NCBI GenBank assembly: GCA_013239625.1
Contig: MU054925.1
Location: 18,409,496 to 18,473,495 of the forward strand
DNA: 64,000 bases
Direction of reading: 5' to 3'
Origin: Lama guanicoe
Lineage: Eukaryota
Shown piece by piece: positions 24,662 through 36,900 of this stretch; within the stretch, counting starts at the first letter, position 1, and each line of letters opens with the position of its first letter. The position numbers were made by a program, and so were the translations under genes. Below the pieces are notes generated by a model. The model had not been told where the DNA came from and ran no database searches. It saw only the letters and a program-made list of their open reading frames with translations.

Positions 24662-24766
24662 TTACTTCCGGGCTAGACAGATAAATCGGTTAAAGGAAGT
24701 CCGTAAACAGGCTAAGCCAGGCATACAGGGACATGTGTGGTGCATTCTCCGCCCCAAAAATGGAAC
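24662..24766 (-). CDS. PROK2: Prokineticin-2 exon 4 (last coding exon)
   Basis: Acceptor ttttggttttag, then [34 protein letters not shown] (TAA 24664-24662); 105 nt, phase 0. Confidence 0.97.
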   Translation of the reverse strand, partial: VPFLGRRMHHTCPCMPGLACLRTSFNRFICLARK

Positions 24767-24869
24767 CTAAAACCAAAAAGAAAACTGTGTCAGAGCAGGA
24801 AATTTTTCTTTTAAAAAACAATTTTTGAGCAATCTCTTTGAATAACAATAGGTAGTGTTTACTGAGTGC

Positions 24870-25060
24870 TAAGTATTCATCAAGCAACAGACTCAGCATT
24901 TTTTTGTTATCCTTTCCCAGCCTTACAACCTCTCTGTGAAGATGGCAAATACGCAAATCATACCCATTTTACAGATGAGAGACTGAGGCACAGAGAGATG
25001 AGTCACTTGCCCAAGGTCACATACCCAGAACTTGAAGCTTGGCTGGCAGCCGGACCTGAG
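24870..25060 (-). mobile_element. MIR SINE
   Basis: cccattttacagatgagagactgaggcacagagagatgagtcacttgcccaaggtcac. Confidence 0.85.
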
Positions 25061-26087
25061 AGACCGCGCTCTCAACCAGCCATCTACACCGCCTTTTACT
25101 TTTTCTTATTTTAATTATTTTCAGCGCATCCCACTGCTGAAGCTCCTTGAGGAGAGCATAACGTGAGAGGCAGGTCCCCACCAATACAATCAGCAGATAA
25201 AAGCTCACCGCCAATGAGGACTCGATAAATTCACACATCTGTGCAAAGATGTGAGAAGTCGAAATTCTGGTTGGGGCAGGGGGAGGAAGTAACAAGAGGA
25301 AAATCAGGGGAGGAGGCCAGCTCGACTGGCAGAGATGGGACAGAGGAAACCTGGCCTAGGCAGAGACGGCAGTGAAAGGTCAGCTTCATTCCAAGAGCCC
25401 TTCAACTGATGTTTCGGAGGGCCCTGCTCACGCCTGGGTGAAGCTGGGTGGAGGAGGGTCACCTAGCAGCTGGTGCGATGGTTCTCTTTGCCGGGGACAA
25501 CAGGAGCACCCTCCAACATGCATGTTTTCTGGAGGCACAGAGCAAAAACCATTCTCCCTCCCCCACGAATGGTGCCCCCTCGACAATCTGCCTGCTTGGC
25601 AAGTTATAGGGAGAAAGTTTAACCCCAGGCCTGGAGGCGGTTGGTCGATATTCAACAAAATGGGATGGCAAGCTACCCGATGCAGGGTTATGTGAGGGAG
25701 GCCAGCCATTACAGATTCACGCCTCAGGGATCCCTCTCCAGTTTACACACCACAGGGAGATGCACCCTTCCTGCTTCCCAGCTCAAACGCTTCACTCAGT
25801 ACCATTCCAGTGTTGGATCTCCTGCTCTACCTAGTCCACCAAAACAGGCCTCCCCAAACCACCTTATCTGACTTTAGGAGAAAATCTGAGCTGCACCTCC
25901 CAAATGCCTTCGAAATAATTTCTTTATACATCAAACCAAAGGCTGTCTGCAGACAGTGGCAGAACCATTCTAACCTTATTTGCAGGTTGAACTGATAAAA
26001 TGAATCCAAGGCTATGTAGCAATAACGGTCAAGGCTAATTATTCTGGGCCTTATCTTTGGATGCTACCATGTTCGAGTTCTTCTTAC

Positions 26088-26150
26088 CTCCTTTTTCCTT
26101 TTTCTTCTCTTCCTCTTTCTTCTTTCCTGCCTCCCATTTCCAAAATGGTT
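26088..26150 (-). CDS. PROK2: Prokineticin-2 exon 3 (63-nt cassette exon encoding the basic insert of the long PK2L isoform)
   Basis: ccttccag|NHFGNGRQERRKRKRRKRKKE|gtaaga; 21 aa, phase 0/0. Confidence 0.95.
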
Positions 26151-26567
26151 CTGGAAGGGCCAGGGAGACGGTTGAAATCAATAAACACTAAGGGATGAAA
26201 GAGAAATGGCAGGAAGGTGGTGGGGGGACGTGGGGAACAGTCAGAGCCATCCCAGATCCTTTGTCTTTTCCTAAGAGCCCGGCTGTCAAGGCTCTAACGA
26301 TGTGTCTACACATGGGCACCGTGGCCGCTGGTTCCGTGCAAGACTTGTGCTAGAATGGTTCTGTCACTGTGTGTGTCAAAGGGCCCACAGGTGGCCGGCT
26401 CGTTTGTTGCCAACGAGACTACATCAGAGGAGGTGGGCGTAGCAGGGACGGCTCGGACAATTACACAGGGATCGTATGAGATGTGATAACCCCCAACCTT
26501 TACGAGCCTTTCTGACCTCGAGACTCTGCGCGCCTCGTTTCACCAAGCCCCAAACTACTGCCCGAAC

Positions 26568-26791
26568 CAGCGGTTCTCAATTTGGGCTGATTCTGCCCCA
26601 ACACCCCCAGGGGACATCTGGCAATGTCCAGAGACACTTCTGTGTGTCTCAAGTCGGCGAAGGAGGCAGTACTACCGGCATCTAATGGGTAGAGGCCAAG
26701 GATTTTGCTAAACATCTTACAACTCACAGGACTGCCTCCACAGCAAAGAACTATCTGCTCTAAAACAACGGTGCCAAAGTTGAGGAAAACG
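26568..26791 (+). mobile_element. MER20 hAT-Charlie DNA transposon
   Basis: cagcggttctcaa...ccccaggggacatctggcaatgtccagagaca...ggcatctaatgggtagaggccaaggat...gctaaacatc. Confidence 0.85.
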
Positions 26792-28734
26792 AACACAGGC
26801 AGCAACATCCAGGGAAAAGGAGTCTGGAATAAGTGAACTCCAACAATGATAAGCATATACACAGAGAACACCGAGCATCTTTCTCTCATCCATTCATTCC
26901 ACAGACATTTATCGAGTGTCGCCAACACATCAGGCCCTATTTCAGGTGCTGCGGATACAGCGATGAACAAAACAGGAAAGGCCTCTGCTCGTCACTAACT
27001 TAAATTCTAATGACACGTGCCCAGTAAGGTAGTTTCAGCTATGAAGCAGCGCCCTTGTGGTTTCACTCCCATGCTTTGTACATCTCGACACAACGGTCAC
27101 TCTTTGGCCTGGCACGTGGGTTGTCAGCAAAAGCAGCAGACAAGAAAACTGAGGCTGGCGGCCCGCCACGGGCCAGGCTTCATAAAGGCGTCATGCGTGA
27201 ATGTCACACCAAAGCCGGGGGCCGGGTTTATGCCTCGTTTTGACACAAGCTAAGTGGCTGCCTCTTGAAAAGTGGAGGAACGTGCCTGACTGAGGTCGCC
27301 CAGCTAGAAAAGGAACATGTCACAGTCAGCCTCAGCTCCAGCTTCTTCCAAATATCACCAAGGCCCAGACTCCAGGCTCTTGGAAGAACAGGACTGTTAC
27401 TTATGAGAGCATAGCACTCAGCCTGGTACGCAGGACGCACTCAAAGAAATGTTTGTTAAATGCCTATCTCCCACTCCCACCCCCACCATCGGCTGTGAAC
27501 TCCCCAGAAGGCAAAAGGGTGATCTTCTCAGGTCCTGGGGCTCCCCCTCAGCCTCCCTCAGCCTGAGCCCCCCAGCCGCCTCTGATCAATGCCACCAAAT
27601 CTGAAAGCCAAAGTTCTCACTTACGTAGGGTCCCCCTGGGGTCTAGAAGGGGCCCTGGCAATGAGTTCACAAGTCTATGTTTTTGTGAAACCTTCAAAAC
27701 ATCTTTTTATTACTCTTTTTCTTATGCAGGGCACCAACATACTGTAAGAGTCAACCTAGATGTGTCCACATTGAATTCAATGGAGTGATTAGATTGACCT
27801 GCAGGCCCCCATACTTGGATGTACTTTTCTTATTCTTATCCTTTTTCAAGATCCAGCCTGTGTTTCTCCCTCCCTCCCTGGAGCCTCTCTTCACTGGGCC
27901 AGCCTGTAGCTGTTTTCGCCTTCCTTTTTGCCTCTGAGCTCTTAACCACACAGACATGATACACTCTGCAGACACCTGTCAGGGTCGTAACTGGCCCACT
28001 CGCTTCCAGCTCTACGTCCACGGTATAACAAAGCTAGAAGGTGCCTGACAGTCACAAGTGCAGGAGAAGTGTTCCCAGAAAACGCATCTTCAGATTTACA
28101 AAGAGAGCCAGTTTTGTTACAACTTTTTCAACAGAAGTACACAGTTCAAAAAAATTCAAATGGTGTAATAATGGATACAATAAAAATGACAAGTCCCACA
28201 GTCCCACAGTTTCTGGTTTTAATAACTAAGAAGAGGGCCAGTGTATCTTAACCTGGTAAAGTTTTAAACTGATCCTTCTAAGTTTTGGGGGGCTAGGTAT
28301 ATATTCACACAACGCTAAATAACACAATTATTTATCTGCTCCCCTCCTGTGAGTCTAGGGTTAACCTGGGGCTTGGGCTGATGGAGGCGGACCTGATGGG
28401 TACCTGGGCCTCCCACTGAACTGTGTCCCCAGGAAAAGTAAAGAAAAACAGGGAGCAGTGGCTCAGTCTCATTGGTTGTGTGAGCTCCACTTGGGGTGGG
28501 GGAGCTGTTGGCATGCAGGCCTTGAACTCCTGGGATTAGGAGGGCGCAAAAGATTTGCAAGAAATGACAGTGGTAATTTCTGTGGGTCGAGGGGACCCCA
28601 TGCACACCCCAGCAATCATGTGTGGCAGCCACAAGCACCCTGGGTGGATGAGAGGGCAAAAGCAGCTGTGTGCTCGGGTAGCCGGTGGGAACCCGAGGAC
28701 GCTGCGTCCCGTGAGGCTAAGTGAAGCATTAGAT

Positions 28735-28970
28735 GGGGGTGCTCAACCGAGGTGACCCCAGCCCCCTCCAACACTCACCTACCCCCCCCCAGGTGACACG
28801 GGGCAATGTCTGGAGACGTTTTCGGTTGTCACAGCTGGGACAGAGGTGCTACTGGCATCTAGTTGGGCAGAGTCCAGGGATGCTGCTAAACATCCCACAG
28901 TGCTCAGGGCAGCCCCACAACAGAGTTCCCCAGCCTAAGATGTCAGAAGAGCCCAGGTTGACAGACTCTG
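28735..28970 (+). mobile_element. MER20 hAT-Charlie DNA transposon
   Basis: ggcaatgtctggagacgttttcggttgtcacagctggg...gctactggcatctagt...cagggatgctgctaaacatcc. Confidence 0.85.
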
Positions 28971-31900
28971 CACTGGACTAAAGCACATTTATGTTTTAGG
29001 AGTCTCTCTGCCAATCTGAACCTGTAATCATAGCCATGAAGCTGCCCTGGGAGATCAAACCGAAAGTGGCTCTTGACATCCGTGATAGGAAAGATGACAA
29101 AATTAGCATATTTTGCTTTCTTCTGTTCATCTTTTGCTAAATATTGAAGTTATGTTAGTTATAGTTTAGTTAGTATTTTTTAAATGTGATAATCTATTCT
29201 GAAATTATGTTTATAATGTTTCCTCACAGGCTGGTTCTAAAACAGGAACAGCCAATAATTTTTAAAAATCTTCCTTTTATTTTTTTTTCACACAAACAAG
29301 ACCCAGGTTTTAATTTGAAAATTTTTTCTTCAGAAAAGGAAAATGTATTAGTCAAGTTTTAAGGTATAGCTAAAAAATAAAAATAAAAATAAAAATAACT
29401 GATGCTAAAAATGTTAACATAAAAATGGGACAAAAGTTTAAAACAAGATTAATTTTTGAAGGAAACATAGTTGTTTAAATCTAAAAATTTTTATAGAATA
29501 TAAGCAGTAAAAGTATTAGTCACGTAATTACAAATTGCAAAGGCAATGAGTAATCAGAAGAGGATAGGAAAAGTTAATCTTTGTAAACTCCGGAAGTGTG
29601 GCTATTAATAGAAATTAGTGTTTCTTTGCTGTACAGCACGGTATTCCAAGAAGACATATGATTTAGTAATACATTCTCAATTGTTAAAAAAAAATCTACC
29701 ATTGAAAATTAATACATGTTAAAACTATTATTTGCCTAAAAATGTGTTTAGAAAACATGCACCTATTCTTCTTAGGTACACTCATATTTCATTCTATTTT
29801 GAATTATCAAATGTGAAGTTTCACACTTTAAAATTACAAAATCATAGCCTAGCAGTGACTGTAAACTCTGTAAGTTAATTGACCCATCCGAAATAAAACA
29901 GTGGCCACCAATTCCTATCTACAAGTCTCGATTTCACTCATCAAATACTGCTCACTTTTTCAAAATAAACAACTGTGATTCATGTCTAAGCCAAACTAGA
30001 ACAGACAGTTCAAATCTTAAACAGGTATAGTCCTCACCTATTCAAAGCCTTGTGTTTACAAACACTAATCCTTGTGACCACAATTGAAATTAATCCACTT
30101 TTTTTTTTCAAACAAAACAAAACAAAGAGAAAACTGGGAGGAAAAAAGTAATGAACGTATCCATACAGTGTCTGTCTACATTTTTATCATCTACTAATGA
30201 GCCAGAAAGTTTAAAGTGGAGTTTCACCAGGATATATTTACAACAAATTATTTACTTGAGTTGTTTTGAACAGAACATAGTTGAAAGAGACTCTGGAAGA
30301 ACCAGGTTTTCACCAGGACAGGTTAAGTTCATCCAGAAACAAGTGACAACTCTGGGACTAAAAACAGGTCTTTGAAATGACCTTTGAAAATGTTTTCAAG
30401 ACAGAAAAATAATCAATGTGAAAAGCGGTAACACTGCATTCTAAAAACATATTTCAAATGGGCATCCAAACAGGGGGTAAGTTCAGATCTGAGATTAAAA
30501 TCTTACTACTTTTTAGTACTCCAGTTTTTTGATCACTTATTTCTCCTATGAAAGCCATAATCTGTTATTACAGACTTCGTTATTAAAACTATGATTAAAA
30601 ACAAAAAAACAAAGAAACCCAGCACAGAGATGTACCTGGGTTTCTGGGAGAATGACTTTACTTTCAGAACTGACCTGGCACTAAACCTGAATGAGAAAAA
30701 CTATAGGACCTGGGGAAACAGAATCTGGTTCTCTTTCCAAAACATCTCAGATTTGGAAAACTCATCGGAACTGCAGGATGAGACAAATTCCAGCTCTGAA
30801 CTGTTATCCCTCATCTCAGTGAATGCCTTCCCCACACAAACCAGCTTTGGTTAATTGCACTAAAAAATATTCAAATTAAGCACAAAGACAGCTTTCACGG
30901 AAGGAGGAGAGAATGCATGTGTGGTTAGGAGCACACAGACGACAGAGTCAGAAAGAAGCGAAAGCCAGAGCCTGCCCTCTGACCTACACCCCATGACCTC
31001 AGCCAGTTACGGAGCTCGTAATGCTGTCATAGGTAGAATGTGACCAAAACAAACGCACTTCACAGGCTTGTTGCATTAAATGACAACCACATACACAACA
31101 TTCGGTTTCAAGTGTCTGCTACATCACGGCATTCAACAAGTGGCAACCGTTATTGCTATTTACACAAAAATAGCTCCCCAGACGCTGTCACCCTTCATGC
31201 ATTTTAGCAAAGTGGCTTCGTGATCCTGGGAACTAAAGCATGTAAGGTTATACTAAAGCTGGACAAAGACAACGTGATTCTTAAAGGAGAAGGCTGAGTT
31301 AACAGTAAACTTCTCAGCGACAGCCACTCAAATCACAAAAGATGACTCATGCTTGATCAGGTTGATGAAAAAAACTGAGATCAATGCCAAAGGGCCAGCC
31401 TCACCTCCCCTGGGCAGCAGTTAGGCACTGAGACAGACAACCAACGGTTTAAAACCCTTTCCTGTCTCAAAATGGCCAGGAATAAAAGGTGCATATCATG
31501 CTGAAAGACATCACCGTCTCCAACAGTAAAACCCTGGGGGAGGGGCAGTGGTCTAAATGTAACAGGAAGCATTTCTCAAGGAAACCACAGGACAGCCAAA
31601 TTCCGTCTTCACATGGGTCCCAACCACCAGTGTCCCCATTACAGTGCACAGGGTAAAACCCAAGCCAATTTATTTCTTTATGTCCTTTTGAGAGAGTCAA
31701 AATATGAACTGTCATCTGTGACTGGAGTGCAGGAAAGATGTTTGGCTCTACTACAGTTTTGAACCCTAAGCCACATGTGCGGAGGGAAAAAAAAGGTAGA
31801 AGACGGAACTGAGTTTGCTTTGAAAACATTCAACCTATTCTGGGGATGAGAGTAGACGATGTGACGAGAGAACACTGCAGAGGACTGAACTTGCCTCCAA

Positions 31901-32894
31901 CAAGCCACCAGGCCTGGGATGTAGCCCTCAGCAGCCGTGGACCTCCCGTAACCACTGGGTAAACAATGATGTGGGGCGAAGAGACCGAGGCACCCTTGAC
32001 CTGGCATCCCTGGGGGATGTGGCTGGGACCACACTGCGCTTCAAACGTTTTCAACCCGAAGGGCAAGGGCTCTCCAGGCTCCACACGCTTCTCTGCTCCC
32101 TCCTGTCTGCCACCCACCCATTCCAGAAGTAACGCAGACCTGCCTGGCCCTGCACACAGGGGCGCGTGCAACCCCCCGGGGGACACAACCTCTAAAGCCC
32201 CGCGCAGTCCTGCCATCGAACCGGCGGTCCTGCCGCTTCCTGTCCATGCCTTTTCAAAAGTGCTGTTTTAGGTCACTGTGACACTGAGCTGTTACATAAT
32301 AAAATAAATTGGAAAGCGAAACATCATCAACCTCTAGGACTGTGAAAATGTGTCCTGTAGACAGAACCAAAACATAGGACTTTAAAATTAAGATACAACA
32401 GTAAATGTATCATGAATGATTTTCTGCAAAAAACCAAAACACAAACTTCTTGATTTCTGCCTTTTCAGTGGGTCTGACATTAACCCTCTTTTCATGAACT
32501 TTTATACTCTGATTTCTGCAAAGACACATACATGGTATTTTATTTATATAATACATACAAATTAAATTTTATTTTTATGTATAAAAAATTTTAGGATATC
32601 TGTATATCCTAAAAAATTTTAAGCAAATATGCATGTTTCAAATTATTTTTATGAAATGTGTCTAACATTACGAGAGCCATGATATGCAAATGTTCGGTAG
32701 AAGAAGTATGGTAAAGGATACAATTCTTTACAATGAAAAGGGAGAGGAGAGAGGAGGCGGCTTTCCACCGCCCTCTTCTCTGACTTCCAATTTCAAGCAT
32801 GTTACCTTGCGTTTCATGTCATATAGGCCTTGCTCAGAGGTGACAGACATTGCAATATAAGAGAACCACCATGAATACAAATATATACACTAAC

Positions 32895-33020
32895 TTTACG
32901 AGTCAGCGGATGGCAGGTGTCTCCCACTTTGCCCATTGGTGTGCAAATCCGTATGCTCTTAACCCAGATACTAACAGCACAGCACATGCCTCCACCACAC
33001 TGGGGGTCCTTGTCGCAGGC
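32895..33020 (-). CDS. PROK2: Prokineticin-2 exon 2
   Basis: gcatttcag|[42 protein letters not shown]|gttagt; 126 nt, cysteine-rich AVIT-family core. Confidence 0.97.
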
Positions 33021-36000
33021 CTGAAATGCAACAGACAGGCAGATAAATACAGATAATGGGGAAGACTCAGGCTACAGGGATCTAAAATTAGCAGTAAAAG
33101 AAAATGTTCTCTTAATATCCAACCACTATGATGTTAATAATCACACGTACAAAAAAGAACTGTAATCTTCATTCACTTGAACATATTTACAATAAAACCT
33201 GATCGGAAGAGATTTTCCTACTTGTTGAAAAATAGCCTAAAAATAGTCCACACATTGTGAAAATTCTAAATACAAGAAGACTTAAAGAAAAAACAAAAGC
33301 AGCTCTTTTTCTAGTGTTTTATGGCTGAATTGGCTTTGAACTTGAAGAATGAGTCTCTATTAGTCTTTTACCATAAATAGCTGTTAGGAACTACATAAAT
33401 CAAATCACAAGATTTTATGTCTATTAACTGCAGAATATATTGGGCCCAATTTTAAGAAGGGATTTAAATGGTCTCTAAATCTGGCATGAAATACTCCAGA
33501 CCCATAAAGGCACTGATGTAAATTTTAAAAGTACAATTCATTTTCCCTTTAAATATTTGCATTTTGGTCACAAGACTCAATGTTTCTCACACCACTGACT
33601 TGATTTTCACCATTTCCTTCTGAAAGAAAGAAATTTCCTAGGTTAGAATGGACAGTCCAAGACTTTCACCTTATATTATTTTTTTTTGATGAGTAACTTG
33701 CAAAAAGGAAATTACTGTACATATGTGTACATTACAAAATTAGCTGAATTATTCTATAAGATTCATCAGATTTAGAAATACACATGACAGATGCAATTAT
33801 CAACAATGATTACTCAAGGCATTTGTTCCTAATATAAAAATTGTAAATATATATAATCAAAGAATCATCTTCAGAGTGATTTCCATACTTGACTAAGTAA
33901 ATAATGAAGTCTAAACTTATTTACATGAAAATACATCTGAAGAACTATTGTTCTCTCCTAGAACCAACCATAAATAGGATGCTTTGTTTGAGTACTGTGC
34001 AGTAATCTGTTTTGCTAGCAATAAGGTAAAGACATCCTGTGTTACGTATGAAAGAAACTAAAAAGTCTTTAATTTAGACACAAATTTAAATGCAGATTTA
34101 ATGGAAACAACTAAAACACGCCTTCAAAGTTCTTAGTTTTGGGGACAGCTATAACTTCTTGAAACATAAATATGTGGGCACACCTTCGTTTATTATTTTT
34201 CATTAAATGTGATCAATAATCTTTCTTGCTTTAGAGTTTTTTTTTCCCCTCCATTAGAATTTTTTCCTCAGGCTATTTAAAACAGTATCTGGATGAAAAC
34301 TACAATTTTCATCTTGAGGTGTATGGACATTTATAAGAAAATACCTAAACATTTCCACTTTCCAATTTTTATCTGTATGCCAGAAATCACGTGTATGTAG
34401 CCATTACATTCCATAAGTGAGTTGTTCAGTATACAATCTTTTCCAATACGGTTTTAACAAATCTATGTGGACATATAAATCAACTTTTAAATAACTACAT
34501 ATATTACCAAAAAAAGTAAATATTTAAGGTGAAGGTTTCGGGCAATATTTTATTTCAACAGATGCTCAAGACCAGGAATTTCGAAGTCCCACTAGCTCTT
34601 TTAATAAGACAATCAAAATCCAGCCAATATCTCTTAAAACTCAATCAATCACTTGGATGTTTAACATCCCAGAGATGATAAATTTAGATAAGTTACTGAG
34701 TTTTTCATTTGACTCCAGATGGTTCCTGTCATGGAAACATTACTACATTTCTTTATTGCCATGTTCTTTTAGAGAAATTTTTTTTCATTCTTTTTTTGTT
34801 GTTGTTGTAACACTGATTTAAAACAACAACCAAAACAACACAGAGAATTATATAGCAAGCCCAGTCTAAACTTTAACAGAAAAACAGTGTGATAAAATTT
34901 CATTTTGTAACAAAAACACTTTGGTTCTTGAAAATATTTACAAAGAATTGCATAGGTTTATATATTTTTAATTAGACAGCTGTTTCCTAATGCCCTTCAT
35001 CTTGAACCCACTGCAGATCTATTCAGATAGTGTTGTCTTGTGAATGGAACAAAAAGATACTTCTATCACAAAGGAATTTTGGGCTCAGAGGATTAGGAGA
35101 AATTTAAAATGAGCCAGCAGGGGAAGAAGGAGGGCAAAAAACCTAACTAATCATGTTTCAATTCTCATGTATTAGAAAGACCTGTAAAAACTTTTTCAAC
35201 CACACAGACTGGCAAATATATTCAAATACATTTTAAAAAATCTATTCTAGTAAATATCTCAATGCTTATAATTAAATATCTATTGGCTGTAACCCAAATG
35301 TTTATTGGCTGTCACCAAAGACTGTTACAGTACAAGGACTTTTAAAAAGCTGTAAGCCTATTAACATAGAGACAATGGAGCTTAATTTTCTCAAGACAGT
35401 GCCATTTCCCTTAAATTTAAATTTTATTTCATTATGCTATGTATCATCATTTCAAACACAGAAATTTTATTTCAGCCATCTTCTGTGCACTGAGATATTT
35501 GAAATAGTTTAATGGAAGTGTAAAATAATTTCAGACCTAAAAGAAGAGTAAAGCACTTGAACAACCAGGAAATAGTAGCGGTTTTGCATTGTTGGTGTAA
35601 AGTAGACAAGACTTTTTTTTTATTCTGTGCTGTAAACTCATCCTTCAGATCCACACAAAGAAAATTGCTGGTGGAAGCAGGAGAGAACTGAACGAGTTCC
35701 TACTTCCAAAAATTAGGACGACATCTCTCTAAACTGAAACATCTACATCGCAACCTACTCCGTTATTATGCCGAAGTGGAAAACTTTTACAGGGAGAACC
35801 TCAGGACGCTTGAAAACAAACAACCTGGACCCCAGAAGGAACGTTCATATTGCTTTTCAGAGTGCACATAACTTGGCCTCAGATCAAGTTATTCGCAAGG
35901 GTTTCTGCGGAGGCTGCATCGGGGAGCAAACTCCTTGATTACAGAATTAAGACCCGCTGGATTTGGGGGTATTCGTCTTGCCCCTTTACATTTCAGGAAG

Positions 36001-36149
36001 AGACCCTCAAATTTTAAGGAGACTTGAAGGTCTGAGAAAAGTGCTTGAGAAGATCCCGAAAGGAAACTTCTTTCAGCTTAAGAGAAAAACAGACCAAACA
36101 GGGAGAGAGAGGAAAGCAAGCGGGAGAAGGTGGTGATGAAGGTGGTGGG

Positions 36150-36900
36150 GTGAGACAGCGGTCACTTCTCCTCCTGGGCGCGCCCGAAGTCCCCGCCGCC
36201 CGCTGCTTTGCGAGCAGGGCATTCTCCAAGTGCGCCAGGGGGCGACCGGGGCAGGCGTTCCGCCCAGGACGACCCTCCCGGTGTCCCCCGCCTCCCCGTC
36301 GCGGTCCCCCTCCAGAGCGCCCACGGCGCGTGGCAGGCGCGCATCCCCGGCGTACAGGTGCGCCCGGGGCCGCTTACCCCCGTGATGACGGCGGCGTCCC
36401 CGGCGGGGGGCGTGAGTAGCAGCGGCGGCAGCAGAAGCAGGAGCAGCAACCGGGCGCAGCGCGGGCTCCTCATGGTGCCCTCGGGCCTGGGTGGCGGTTG
36501 GGGGGCCGTTAGGGGCGCGCGGGCTGGAGCGCGGAGCGCCGAGCGGCGGGCGGGCGGCTGGCGCGAGCCTGCCGGCGGTTATAAAGGCGAGCCCCGCCGT
36601 GACTCACGCCGCCGCCCGGCCGGCCGCACGCGCGGGGGCCACGGCGCGGAAGCCCCCCGCCCCGCGCTCCGCTCCCCGCGGGCCCCTCGCCTCCCGCCCG
36701 CCGCCGCCTTCCGCACGCGCCCGCATCGCTTTTGTGATCCGAAACACCCTCCTTTGCTGTCCTGGTTTCCCGAGCTCCACGTGCTCAGCGCCCCAAACTT
36801 GCAGCTCATTTGCTCTCCAGATGTTTCAGGAGCGCCTACTACGTGCAAGGCGCGCGGGGTGGGGTGGGGGGGGCTGGCTCACCGGGGCGGGGGAGTAAGG
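36150..36900. promoter_or_regulatory. PROK2: PROK2 CpG island and promoter: TATA-like TTTATAA (36579-36585, minus), AP-1 TGACTCA (36600-36606), E-box CACGTG (36778-36783), HRE-like TACGTG (36840-36845), GC boxes
   Basis: Motifs read directly from the sequence; the TATA-like element is ~105 nt upstream of the ATG. PROK2 is an established E-box (CLOCK/BMAL1) regulated gene. Confidence 0.8.
36378..36473 (-). CDS. PROK2: Prokineticin-2 exon 1 (signal peptide plus the AVITG mature N-terminus)
   Basis: ggcaccATG start; [32 protein letters not shown]|gtaagc; 96 nt. Confidence 0.97.

Noticed and set aside
36162-36377. C-terminal part of the 103-aa ORF 36162-36473
   Set aside because: Read-through into intron 1 past the canonical GGG|gtaagc donor; it lacks the prokineticin cysteines.
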